From IMG/VR virus record IMGVR_UViG_3300020469_003050, positions 1-64,000 of that record: a stretch of 64,000 nucleotides of DNA; one strand, 5' to 3'. The first letter of the stretch is position 1, and every line of letters starts with the position of its first letter. The notes beneath the pieces were generated by a model. It did no database searches, was not told the DNA's origin, and worked only from the letters and a program-made list of their open reading frames with translations. This DNA comes from a virus. The position numbers were made by a program, and so were the translations under genes. Below, piece by piece: positions 14,642-24,713 of this stretch.

Positions 14642-16850
14642 AGCAGATAGAGTAAATGTTTCGATTGAACGTGCCGTACAACATGCAAATTCTTTAGCAC
14701 ATGAATATGTGACACTAGAACATCTTTTATATTCAATTATAGAAGAACAAGATGTTAGCGACATGCTTACGAAAATGAAATGTGACGTTAGATTTATTTT
14801 AGAAGAACTAGAAAAGTATCTAAATGAACGTGATGATATTACAAAAGGTGAAGATAATAGTGTACCTAGAAAAACTCTATCATTAGACCGTGTTTTCAAT
14901 CGTGCAGTAACACAGGTAATCTTTAGTGGTCGTTCTAAACTTCAAGTAAGAGATATATTTGTTTCTCTATTGAGTGAAAATGGTTCTACTGCTTATTACA
15001 TTCTAAAACAATCAGGTGTAACAAGAGATAAAGCAATCGATATTCTAAGAAAAGAATATTACGGTACGCAACAAGGTAGAGACATGGCAGGTCCTCCGGG
15101 TCAAGGAGCACCAGTAAGATTTGAAGACTATTGTTTAGATTTAAATCAACAAGCATTAGACGGAGTAATTGATCCAGTTATTGGACGGGAAGATGAGTTA
15201 ATTGAATTAACAGAGGTACTAGCAAGACGTAAAAAGAATAATGCTATTATTGTAGGTGAACCTGGAGTAGGTAAAACTGCAATAGCAGAAGGTCTTGCAT
15301 TGATGATTGGCGAAGGTCATGTACCAGAGATATTAAAAGACAAAACAGTTTATTCACTAGATGTTACATCGCTTGTAGCAGGTACAAAGTATCGTGGTGA
15401 ATTTGAAGAAAGAGCGAAAGCAGTATTTGACCAACTATCAAGTAAAGATAATGTAATATTATTCATTGATGAAATTCATATGATTATGGGTGCAGGTTCG
15501 GCAGGTGGGTCTAACATAGATATTGCAAACTTATTAAAACCACTGTTAGCAAGTGGTAAATTACATTGTATTGGTGCAACAACAAGTGAAGAATACAGAG
15601 AAAACTTTGAAAAAGATAGAGCATTACAAAGACGTTTTCAAAAACTAGTTATTGAACAACCAAACAAAGAAAATACAAAATTAATTTTGAAAGGCTTGAA
15701 ACAATATTACGAAGCATATCACGAAGTTGAATACACAAACGAGTCTATAGACTTAGCAGTTGAATTAGCAGAAAGATATATGCATGGTAAGTTCAATCCT
15801 GATAGAGCGATTGATGTCCTTGATGTAGCAGGTGCAAGAGCAAAGTTACACAAGCACAAGGGCAAAATTAATAAGGCAGAAATAGAACAAGCTATTTCAA
15901 AAATTACAAGAATTCCTTTAGAAATGATAGATGCAAAACAAAATGCAAACTATGAAAAACTAGAAGAAAATATTAAGACAAAACTATTTGGACAAGACAA
16001 AGCAGTTGGTTCATTAGTTGAATCTATACTCGTATCTAAATCAGGTATGAGAGCAAGAAATAAACCTATTGGTTCATTCTTGTTTGTAGGTCCAACAGGA
16101 ACAGGTAAAACTGAATTGTGTAGACAGTTAGCAGAAAATCTTGATGTTAAACTTAGAAAGTACGATATGTCAGAATACATGGAACAACATTCTGTATCTA
16201 AACTTATCGGTGCCCCTCCAGGGTACGTAGGACACGCCGACGGCGGGGCTGGTGCTGGACAACTAATCAGTGATGTAGATGAAACACCTAATTGTGTTGT
16301 TCTATTAGACGAAGTTGAGAAAGCCCACCCAAGTGTAATGAACCTCTTATTACAAGTTATGGACGATGGTCGTTTGACTAGTTCAACTGGTAAAACAGCA
16401 GACTTTAGCAATGTTATTCTTATAATGACTAGTAACTTAGGAGCGGCACAACAATCTAAGAGTGCTATAGGGTTCACGAATTCAAATGAAGGTGCTTCAT
16501 ACGAAGCAGTTAAGAAATTCTTTACACCAGAGTTTAGAAATAGACTTGACGCAATGGTTGAATTTGTTTCATTAGAACGTGAACATATAGACATGATTGT
16601 TACCAAAACAATCAAAGAAATTAATGAAATGTTATCAGATAAAAATGTAACTATTAAATTATCAGCAAAAGCAAAAACATGGCTGAGAAATAAAGGATAT
16701 CAACCTGATATGGGAGCGAGACCTTTACAACGTGTAGTCAACGATTACATTAAAAAGCCGTTATCAAAAGAAATATTATTTGGTAAACTTGTTGATGGTG
16801 GACTGGTAACTATCAAAATTGTAGATGATAGGATTGAGTTTGTATACTGA
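14634..16850 (+). CDS. clpA: ClpA-type double-ring AAA+ unfoldase
   Basis: 738 aa. Clp N-domain (HEYVTLEHLLYSII). D1 Walker A GEPGVGKTAIAEGLA and ILFIDEIH. D2 Walker A GPTGTGKTELCRQLA and VLLDEVEKAH. No ClpB middle domain. A ClpP-docking-type tripeptide is present (SAIGFTNS). Confidence 0.9.
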   Translation: MSKADRVNVSIERAVQHANSLAHEYVTLEHLLYSIIEEQDVSDMLTKMKCDVRFILEELEKYLNERDDITKGEDNSVPRKTLSLDRVFNRAVTQVIFSGRSKLQVRDIFVSLLSENGSTAYYILKQSGVTRDKAIDILRKEYYGTQQGRDMAGPPGQGAPVRFEDYCLDLNQQALDGVIDPVIGREDELIELTEVLARRKKNNAIIVGEPGVGKTAIAEGLALMIGEGHVPEILKDKTVYSLDVTSLVAGTKYRGEFEERAKAVFDQLSSKDNVILFIDEIHMIMGAGSAGGSNIDIANLLKPLLASGKLHCIGATTSEEYRENFEKDRALQRRFQKLVIEQPNKENTKLILKGLKQYYEAYHEVEYTNESIDLAVELAERYMHGKFNPDRAIDVLDVAGARAKLHKHKGKINKAEIEQAISKITRIPLEMIDAKQNANYEKLEENIKTKLFGQDKAVGSLVESILVSKSGMRARNKPIGSFLFVGPTGTGKTELCRQLAENLDVKLRKYDMSEYMEQHSVSKLIGAPPGYVGHADGGAGAGQLISDVDETPNCVVLLDEVEKAHPSVMNLLLQVMDDGRLTSSTGKTADFSNVILIMTSNLGAAQQSKSAIGFTNSNEGASYEAVKKFFTPEFRNRLDAMVEFVSLEREHIDMIVTKTIKEINEMLSDKNVTIKLSAKAKTWLRNKGYQPDMGARPLQRVVNDYIKKPLSKEILFGKLVDGGLVTIKIVDDRIEFVY

Positions 16851-17538
16851 GAAAGTAGCTAAATTATTTTATGGAACACACCCGTACAAAATAACATACA
16901 AAAGACTCTACGGATTTCCAGACAAAGACAGTTTGTTTTTCAAAAGACATTTTGAAAGCAATCCAAACGCAATCAATGAATGGTGGTTTGACATGCCATC
17001 AACAGATGAAGAAAAATCTGTTAGAGTTAATTGTTATAATTTCTTAAGAAAATTTAAAGACATAAAATTCAATAATGGTGCTCATACACATGCTTATTTT
17101 AAGTATAAATCAGACTACGAAGAAGCTAGAAATAGATATGTAGATTTACACAAATCTTACGCTGAACCACTAGTTGAAAATCTCAAAGAAGTATTGGATA
17201 GTTTTGACCGTAGAGTAGAACTAAAAAATAATCTATGGTTCAAAACATACAAATATAAGATAGTATTCAAACCTAACAGAGATTTCATTGACCATACAGG
17301 GCATGATTTATATAAAATGTACGCACATAATACAAATTATAGACTCAACTCTAATATGAAACGATATGACCCTGTCTATTTACGAACACATCAAAAGAAA
17401 AGACATATTCATCACCAATATCAGCTATATGCTATATATTGCCTAGATAAAATCGATGCAGACTTGCTAACTTTCGTTGCAAGTGAGTGTATTGGTACCA
17501 TAACAAAAGCCGTGCTATTAAGTGATTTAGATAAATAA
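16825..17538 (+). CDS. hypothetical protein
   Basis: 237-aa ORF. Its start overlaps the clpA 3' end. Confidence 0.6.
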   Translation: MIGLSLYTEKVAKLFYGTHPYKITYKRLYGFPDKDSLFFKRHFESNPNAINEWWFDMPSTDEEKSVRVNCYNFLRKFKDIKFNNGAHTHAYFKYKSDYEEARNRYVDLHKSYAEPLVENLKEVLDSFDRRVELKNNLWFKTYKYKIVFKPNRDFIDHTGHDLYKMYAHNTNYRLNSNMKRYDPVYLRTHQKKRHIHHQYQLYAIYCLDKIDADLLTFVASECIGTITKAVLLSDLDK

Positions 17539-17593
17539 GTATAGTTATTATTGAACAAACTATACAGGTTAATTACGAAGGGTTGAAGAATAT

Positions 17594-17965
17594 ATGGCAC
17601 GTAAAACAGTTACACTTTTACCACAAACAGGTAGTCTTGAATTAGATACTACTGGAAATGCAGTCCCTGGTGATAGCTATTACGGTTATACAGATGGGAT
17701 ACATACAGTAGCTATTTACGGACAAGCATTATCGGGAAGAGTTAAAATACAAGGAACATTGGCAACTAATCCAACAGAAGATGATTGGTTTGACATACTT
17801 TTTAGCGGATTACCATATAAAGACTACACAAATTTCACAGGAGTTGAAGGCTTCACATTCGTGGCTAACTTAGTTTATTTAAGAGCATCTTTAGATAGAA
17901 CTTCATTGGGTATATCAGATTTTACTCAAGCAGGTTATATAGAGAAAATCTTTTTGAATTACTAA
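17594..17965 (+). CDS. hypothetical protein, first gene of the fibre block
   Basis: 123-aa ORF immediately upstream of the giant fibre genes. Confidence 0.6.
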   Translation: MARKTVTLLPQTGSLELDTTGNAVPGDSYYGYTDGIHTVAIYGQALSGRVKIQGTLATNPTEDDWFDILFSGLPYKDYTNFTGVEGFTFVANLVYLRASLDRTSLGISDFTQAGYIEKIFLNY

Positions 17966-17977
17966 AGGAACACAGAT

Positions 17978-20900
17978 ATGAGCATTAACGCACAACCATT
18001 TAGTCCTACATTTAAACTAGTTGGCAATTTGTCGGATAGCCAAATTTTAGTTTATGATGCTAGTGAAAATGCGTTTGTAAACGCAACTAATACGGGTGCA
18101 ACTGGAGGCGCTGGTTTAACTACTGTACTTAATACAGGTACTGGAGTTGGATTAGGACAGGCTACAGGCACAGCCCTAGAATTAAAAAGTATTATAGCCG
18201 GCACGAATTTAACTATTACAGACAACGGTACTGCATTAGTACTTGATGTAGCAGGAGCCTCACAATCAGGATTAACAGACGGTACAAACTTAGGTACTGG
18301 TCTAGGACTTATAAAAGGCAACAATACAGCAGGAACTACACTTGAAACAAAGAGTATTACAGTTGGAACTGGCCTTTCTATCTCAGAAGCAAATGATACT
18401 CTAACTATTGACTTAACAGCAAATGTCAATGGCATGTTAGAGATTGCAAATAATTTATCCGATGTAGCCGACACTACAACAGCAAGAACAAACTTAGACG
18501 TATATTCAAAAGCAGAAACAGATTCAAAATATATCAGATTAGATGCTCATAGTATTCCTACTGTTGATAATACTTTTGATATAGGTTCTTCATTAAAAAG
18601 ATTTAACGATATTTACGCTGAAACATTCCAAGGTACAGCCTTACTAGCAGACAATCTTACTATTGTAGGTTCTGCACAAGGCGAAGTATTAACATGGAAT
18701 GGTTCAACATGGGTTGCTTCACAACCAACAGGTGGTGGAGGCGGTGGAGGCGCAGGCGTCCCACAAACTCTTTCTTTATTAGGTCAATCACTTACAATAT
18801 CAGGTGGTAACACAATTACATTACCATCATATAATGATGATGACCCATTCGTAAGATTAGACCAATCAACTGTTCCGACAGTAACAAATACATTTGATAT
18901 TGGTTCTGCAACATTCAAATTTAACGACATTTACGCTGAAACTTTTCAAGGTACTGCGGTAGCGGCTGATACTCTTACAGTAACAGGTAACGCAGGACAA
19001 GTTTTAACATATAACGGTAGTCAATGGTTAGCGGCTGACCCACAAGGTGCAGGAGGTGGAGGAAGTTCTACACCACAAACACTTGCATTAAACGGTACAC
19101 AGATAGCAATTTCTTCTGGTAACTCAGTTGACATAGGTTCACTTATCAGTACTGATTATAATAATCTATCTAATAAGCCTACAATACCAGCAGACGTATC
19201 AGACTTAACAGATACAAGTAGTTTACTAGCAGGCACACCACAGAGTTTAACATTAGCTGGAACACAACTTACGATATCAAGTGGTAACACAGTTGATTTC
19301 GCAGGTATGTTTACAGACACAGATAATCAAACATTATCTTTTAATACAGGCACAAACATATTAACAATCGCTAATGGTAATACTGTAGATTTATCAACTC
19401 TAGCAGGCGGTGGCGGTGCATCACAATTAGCTGATTTATCAGATGTAGATGCAGGTGGCGTTGGCGGAATGATGGCTAATGTCCCGCAAAACGGTGAAGT
19501 ATTAACTTGGTCACAAATTAATAGTCAATGGGAACCACAACCTGCTAATTCGGCTGTAACAAGTTCAGATTTAGATATGGGTGGCAATAAAGTTTTATTT
19601 GCTAACGTTTATGCTACATTAGGTGATTTACCAAGTGCAACTACATACCACGGTATGTTTGCTCATGTTCACGCAACCGGCAAAGGATATTTTGCTCATG
19701 CAGGTAACTGGGTACCATTAGCTAATGAAGCCAATATACCGGCAGATGTTTCAGATTTGACAGACACAAATAGTTTACTAGGTGGAGGTTCACAAACTCT
19801 AGCATTAAGCGGAACGCAGTTAACAATTTCAGGACAAAATACAGTTGATTTTGCTGGTATGTTTACAGATACAGATAATCAAACTTTATCATTTAATACT
19901 TCAACCAATATATTAACTATAGCAAATGGTAACACTGTAGACTTATCAAATTTAGCTGGTTCATCAAATGTTCAAACTATTGATGATTTAAGTGACGTTA
20001 CAGTAACAGGCACAACAGATGGTCAGTTCTTAGTATATAATAATACATCAGGTGATTGGGAAAATCAGACAGTAAATATACCTACATCTAACCAAGCACT
20101 TTCTACTACAGATAATGTACAGTTTGCAGGTATTCAATCGACAGGAACAGTTCAGGCTCAAGCATTTGAAGGTAACATATACGATACTAACGGCAATGTT
20201 CTACTTGATAATACAAGTGGCTCAGCAGGGTTCGGTGGTAATATCTCATCAAACGGATCTTCATCATTCTCAGGTACAGTAGATTTCAATGGTGCAACAA
20301 TTCAAAATTTAGATATATCACTAGGTGATTTATCAAACGTAAGTACAGCTACACCAACTACTGGTCATGTTTTAAAATGGACAGGTACAGAATGGTCACC
20401 GGCGGCAGACTCAACTGCTACAGGTGGTGCAGGTATATCTCTAACAGATTTAAGTGCAGGCGTTGGTTTACAATACAATAATACTTTAGGTTTATTCACA
20501 TTAAATGCGGCGATGACTGACTTACTGGATGTAGACACATCAGGTATTACTAACGGTCAAGTTCTAAAATGGAATTCATCAGCAAGTCAATTTGAACCAG
20601 AAAATGAATTTTCAATATCAACAACAGATGATGTAGCAGAAGGTTCTTCAAATTATTACTATACTACAGCAAGATTTGATTCAAATTTCAATTCTAAATC
20701 TACAGATGATTTACCGGGTGGTGCAACAAATCTTTATTACACAGATGCATTAGTAGATAATAGAGTAAACGTATTACTACAAGCTGGTCCAGGTATTAAT
20801 ATTCTACCATCACCGACACCAGGTGCTCCAATTACGATTGAGAACACAAATGTAGGTACTACTTATACAGATGCAGATGCCAGAAACGCAATTTCAGTTT

Positions 20901-22435
20901 CAACAGGCGCGGCATCAGGTAGTGGTGGATTAGCTTACAATAGTTCTACAGGTGCATTTACATTTGCTCCAGCAGATTTATCAAGCTACAGCACATTCAG
21001 TGGTGATTACGATGACTTGACTAATAAACCAAGTATTGTAACATTGAATGCATTAAGTGTTTCAAATGGTACAGCAAATGGCGGTGGGTCATTAGCTTAT
21101 AATAGTGCATCAGGACAATTCACATTTACTCCACCGGATCTTTCAACGTATAGTACATTCGATGGCGACTATAATAACTTAACTAATACACCTTCGTTAT
21201 TCGATGGAGCATATTCATCTTTAACAGGTGCACCTACTATACCAAGTGCATTAAGTGATTTAACTATGCCTTCAGGTACTACTGGTCAAGTTCTTACAAC
21301 TGACGGTTCTGGTAACTTTAGTTTCTCTACTGTATCAGGTGGCGGATCATCATATGGTGACTCAGATGTTGAAACATACATGGGTCAATTTGATTTTCAT
21401 ATCTTACCAGATACAAATGCTACATATGATATTGGTAGTGCAAGTAACAAAATTAGACACTTATTCTTAAGTGATAACTCATTATACATTGGTGACAACA
21501 CTCTTAATACAACAGGTTCAAACTTGATGTTTAACAGCCAAGATGTAATGGACTACACAAATATTAAGAATAAACCAACTATTCCTACAGATGTTGATGA
21601 CTTAACAGATGCAGGTAACTTACTAGGTGGTACATCTTATACAGCAGGTACAGGTTTACAATTAAACACTAACACATTCTCTTTGAATGCAAATATTGGT
21701 GATTTACAAAATGTTTCTGCAACAGCACCAAGTTCAGGTCAAGTTCTATCTTGGACAGGATCAGAGTGGGCACCGGCGGCGGCAGGTGGAACACCAAACT
21801 TATCAAGTTCTTCTGTTGGAGACTTAAACGATGTTAACATTTCAGGTATCTCAGCAGGTCAATACTTAGAATGGGATGGTACTAAATTTGTAGCGGCTTC
21901 GGCAAGTGCGGCAGATTTAACAAGTGAATCAATTACAGAATTATCAGATGTTTCTACAGATACACCAAACAATGGTGATGTATTAACATGGAACAGCGGA
22001 AGCTCATCATATGCACCAGCGGCGCCGTCAGGCGGTGGCGGAGGTGGAGGTGGAACTTCTACTGAACGATTTAAGTTAAACTATGCAACTAATGGTAGCT
22101 TGAGTTCAATCTCAAATGCTTCAACTGGTGTGAGTGCAACAATTTTATCAACTACAGGCGGTGACGTAGAGATTACTTTCTCAGGTCATAGTTATCCGCC
22201 AGCTAATATATTAATATATGGATATGCAAGAGCATCTAACCAATATGTTATCATGCCACTGAACAAAGATATTTCAACTCGTACAGTAGCAGGTGGTGGG
22301 GTAGCTGGTTCTCCGACAGCGTTCGGTTCACTAGGCTCATCAGTAGTAACATTAAAACTTAGAGAAGCAGACACAGGCGCTTCTCGTTCATTTGGTACTG
22401 ATACTCATGCATGGATCATGTTTACAATGATGTAA
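17978..22435 (+). CDS. giant fibre-like structural protein (tail fibre or similar)
   Basis: 1485 aa, G/T/S/N-rich. Gly runs act as linkers. Recurring fibre motifs: FDIGS....FNDIYAE, Y..L.NKPTIP.DV.DLTD, and L[ST]DV.......G[QE]VL.W......W.P. Confidence 0.8.
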   Translation: MSINAQPFSPTFKLVGNLSDSQILVYDASENAFVNATNTGATGGAGLTTVLNTGTGVGLGQATGTALELKSIIAGTNLTITDNGTALVLDVAGASQSGLTDGTNLGTGLGLIKGNNTAGTTLETKSITVGTGLSISEANDTLTIDLTANVNGMLEIANNLSDVADTTTARTNLDVYSKAETDSKYIRLDAHSIPTVDNTFDIGSSLKRFNDIYAETFQGTALLADNLTIVGSAQGEVLTWNGSTWVASQPTGGGGGGGAGVPQTLSLLGQSLTISGGNTITLPSYNDDDPFVRLDQSTVPTVTNTFDIGSATFKFNDIYAETFQGTAVAADTLTVTGNAGQVLTYNGSQWLAADPQGAGGGGSSTPQTLALNGTQIAISSGNSVDIGSLISTDYNNLSNKPTIPADVSDLTDTSSLLAGTPQSLTLAGTQLTISSGNTVDFAGMFTDTDNQTLSFNTGTNILTIANGNTVDLSTLAGGGGASQLADLSDVDAGGVGGMMANVPQNGEVLTWSQINSQWEPQPANSAVTSSDLDMGGNKVLFANVYATLGDLPSATTYHGMFAHVHATGKGYFAHAGNWVPLANEANIPADVSDLTDTNSLLGGGSQTLALSGTQLTISGQNTVDFAGMFTDTDNQTLSFNTSTNILTIANGNTVDLSNLAGSSNVQTIDDLSDVTVTGTTDGQFLVYNNTSGDWENQTVNIPTSNQALSTTDNVQFAGIQSTGTVQAQAFEGNIYDTNGNVLLDNTSGSAGFGGNISSNGSSSFSGTVDFNGATIQNLDISLGDLSNVSTATPTTGHVLKWTGTEWSPAADSTATGGAGISLTDLSAGVGLQYNNTLGLFTLNAAMTDLLDVDTSGITNGQVLKWNSSASQFEPENEFSISTTDDVAEGSSNYYYTTARFDSNFNSKSTDDLPGGATNLYYTDALVDNRVNVLLQAGPGINILPSPTPGAPITIENTNVGTTYTDADARNAISVSTGAASGSGGLAYNSSTGAFTFAPADLSSYSTFSGDYDDLTNKPSIVTLNALSVSNGTANGGGSLAYNSASGQFTFTPPDLSTYSTFDGDYNNLTNTPSLFDGAYSSLTGAPTIPSALSDLTMPSGTTGQVLTTDGSGNFSFSTVSGGGSSYGDSDVETYMGQFDFHILPDTNATYDIGSASNKIRHLFLSDNSLYIGDNTLNTTGSNLMFNSQDVMDYTNIKNKPTIPTDVDDLTDAGNLLGGTSYTAGTGLQLNTNTFSLNANIGDLQNVSATAPSSGQVLSWTGSEWAPAAAGGTPNLSSSSVGDLNDVNISGISAGQYLEWDGTKFVAASASAADLTSESITELSDVSTDTPNNGDVLTWNSGSSSYAPAAPSGGGGGGGGTSTERFKLNYATNGSLSSISNASTGVSATILSTTGGDVEITFSGHSYPPANILIYGYARASNQYVIMPLNKDISTRTVAGGGVAGSPTAFGSLGSSVVTLKLREADTGASRSFGTDTHAWIMFTMM
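19184..19408 (+). repeat. 75-aa internal duplication, copy 1
   Basis: IPADVSDLTDTSSLLAGTPQSLTLAGTQLTISSGNTVDFAGMFTDTDNQTLSFNTGTNILTIANGNTVDLSTLAG. Confidence 0.9.
19736..19960 (+). repeat. 75-aa internal duplication, copy 2
   Basis: IPADVSDLTDTNSLLGGGSQTLALSGTQLTISGQNTVDFAGMFTDTDNQTLSFNTSTNILTIANGNTVDLSNLAG. 64 of 75 residues are identical to copy 1 by hand alignment, with many synonymous codon differences. Confidence 0.9.
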
Positions 22436-22452
22436 GAATAGGAATACTTTGA

Positions 22453-24498
22453 ATGGCGATTAATTATAAGACTAGTGCAATCGACCTAAACGTCCCGGCT
22501 AAAGTTCTTCCCTGCAACGTCTTAACAGCAACTCCCTTAGCAAATTGGGAGTACGATGATGGTAAAGGCGACCCATGGTGGGGCGGTGGCGGAAACGCTA
22601 AAGCCTATAGATGGGAAATTAATATGACTGTAACAACAATACAGCATGGTTCTCATTTAACTAGAACAGCAAGACAGTTTAACGGTTATGATATCGTAGT
22701 AGGTGATTTTATCGCAGGTGCGACTGATGGTCGTGCATTACAAATTGTAAGTATTTCTGAAAAAACAGCATTCACAGTAAAATGTCAAGTAGAAGATAGA
22801 CTCAGATACAATACATTCAGAAGTGCATCAGGTACAGGTATATTTAACGTACCAGGTGGTGCAGTAGTATTTCAAATTAATGAAGAAGGTGATCCTATGT
22901 TGGATCCACTACCAACTGGTATCGTTTCAAGTGACTTCTATGCAAACGTAAATTCACGTTTCAAATATTTAAATCCTCAAATGAATTATGTTCTTGAACA
23001 AACAGCTAATGGCTTTGAAGAAGGTGATGTTATTTGTATGGATGCAACAACAGGTGCATTTGAATTAGCGGCACCAGATAATATTGAAAGATTAGTAGGT
23101 ACAGTAACACACCCAGGTCCGGGACCAAATAGATTTTTATTAAGACCAGCTAATGGTGTTATTGATTTCGTTCCAGGTTTACCAGGAAACAAAGGTGACT
23201 TTGTTTATCCTGCAATCGACGGTTCAGGAGATTTAACTTTAACAGATACGGGTGTTGCTATTTTCTTAAAATTAGTAGATGAAGTTCCTAGTACTACACG
23301 TGGAACAGTTATTAATGGTCAAGCAACAGCAGGCGACACCATGAATATTAACGGTGAAGATATTGTTTTTATAACAAGTAGTTTAGGTGTTGTAAGTGTA
23401 CAAAACGCAGTCACAGATATTAATGCAAAAACAGCCGACCATAAAGTAACAGCATCGGCAAGTCCAGCACCAAATGAAATAACATCAGATATTGCAACTT
23501 ATGGTTCAGCATACGGTCTTATTGGTGGGTTTGCACCGTTCTCAGCTTCAATCAATGGTTCAGTAGTAAACTTTAGTACGACAGCGGCAGGACAAGCCGC
23601 ATATGGTATGGCAGTTGCTATTGCAGACGATATGGCCGCAGATATTAATGCGGCAGGTATTACTGATATTACAGCATCAGTAAATGCAGGTAACTTAGTT
23701 ATAAGTCAAGCACAAGGTAGTGCTATAACTATCGTTAATACATCACCAGATGCAAACAATAATAACTTTGCTGGTATGAATTCATGTGCATCGTTAGGAC
23801 TAACTTATGCAGGTAGTTCTAATGTTTTTGTTCTTCAATTAGAAAGAACAGATGGTGGTGAAATTATTCTACAAGATGCAGTTGGTTCAGCAACTAATGA
23901 TTTTGGTATCTTAAGTGGACATACAGGTTCATATGCTGTTGGTCTTAATGTTGAGCAAGGTGTTCGTAAAGCAGGAACTACAGTTGTTTCTAATATAGCG
24001 GCCCGTGATGCTATTCCAGTTAAATTAGCAGGTGATAGTGTTTATATTCTTGATACTGGACAAGGTGAATGGGCTATGCATGTATGGGATGGTACACAAT
24101 GGAATATCGTTGCTACACAAGATAGTGCTTCTACAGATGCAAACTCTTTATCACACACATATACAATGCCAAGTGCATCATTTGGTACTACAGAAGTTGT
24201 AACTCTAGGTCGTATATCAGATAACTCTAGGGTTGTAAGTGTTCTTGTAGAAGTTGTTACACCGTTATCAGGTTATGCGGGTGGTCCTAATAATTTAGTA
24301 CCGTCATTAGAAATAGGTACTGTAGCAGATCCTAGTAGATTTATGACAGAAGACCAAAATGATGTTGAAGGTCAAGGATCATATACAACAACTCCAGACT
24401 TTCATTATGAAGGTACAACTGAACTAGAGATTAAATGTTCACTAGAACATCTAAATGCAAATGCTGGTGAAGTTAAAGTCACAGTAACATACGTATAA
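22453..24498 (+). CDS. structural protein of the fibre block, unknown role
   Basis: 681-aa ORF between the two giant fibre genes, with similar G/T/A/S/V-rich composition. Confidence 0.65.
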   Translation: MAINYKTSAIDLNVPAKVLPCNVLTATPLANWEYDDGKGDPWWGGGGNAKAYRWEINMTVTTIQHGSHLTRTARQFNGYDIVVGDFIAGATDGRALQIVSISEKTAFTVKCQVEDRLRYNTFRSASGTGIFNVPGGAVVFQINEEGDPMLDPLPTGIVSSDFYANVNSRFKYLNPQMNYVLEQTANGFEEGDVICMDATTGAFELAAPDNIERLVGTVTHPGPGPNRFLLRPANGVIDFVPGLPGNKGDFVYPAIDGSGDLTLTDTGVAIFLKLVDEVPSTTRGTVINGQATAGDTMNINGEDIVFITSSLGVVSVQNAVTDINAKTADHKVTASASPAPNEITSDIATYGSAYGLIGGFAPFSASINGSVVNFSTTAAGQAAYGMAVAIADDMAADINAAGITDITASVNAGNLVISQAQGSAITIVNTSPDANNNNFAGMNSCASLGLTYAGSSNVFVLQLERTDGGEIILQDAVGSATNDFGILSGHTGSYAVGLNVEQGVRKAGTTVVSNIAARDAIPVKLAGDSVYILDTGQGEWAMHVWDGTQWNIVATQDSASTDANSLSHTYTMPSASFGTTEVVTLGRISDNSRVVSVLVEVVTPLSGYAGGPNNLVPSLEIGTVADPSRFMTEDQNDVEGQGSYTTTPDFHYEGTTELEIKCSLEHLNANAGEVKVTVTYV

Positions 24499-24713
24499 AC
24501 TACGTATAAAACATAATTAATCTAACAGCTAAATACAATCAGTAAGAGTTTTACCGGGCTTCATGCCTGATGTTCTTAATCTCTTATCATTACTGATGTT
24601 TCTTCCGGTAATTACATTTCAAATAAAATTGAGAAAATATAGATGGGCGTATTGTATATTCAATATTATATGTCTTAACCTTAATAGCTATTAAATTCTA
24701 AGGAGAAACTAAA

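Noticed and set aside
15950-16615. 221-aa minus-strand ORF inside clpA, and similar antisense ORFs in phoH (11625..11960), the fusion gene (52930..55521), DNA polymerase (60278..62317) and the transporter (46015..46401)
   Set aside because: Each lies wholly within a gene whose sense frame carries unmistakable family motifs. They have no RBS and show composition typical of antisense reading.
18731-18755. Gly-codon runs (also 19051-19065, 19405-19420, 22031-22054) as slippage-prone or phase-variable tracts
   Set aside because: The runs use mixed GGT/GGA/GGC/GCA codons rather than homopolymeric or perfect short tandem repeats. They read as flexible poly-Gly linkers between fibre modules.
24499-24713. 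215-nt leader upstream of the 1593-aa fibre gene as a structured RNA or riboswitch
   Set aside because: I found only an interrupted long-range pairing (ATCAGTAA...TTACTGAT) and no convincing promoter, conserved motif or stable multi-stem structure by eye. Covariation analysis with homologs is needed before any claim.
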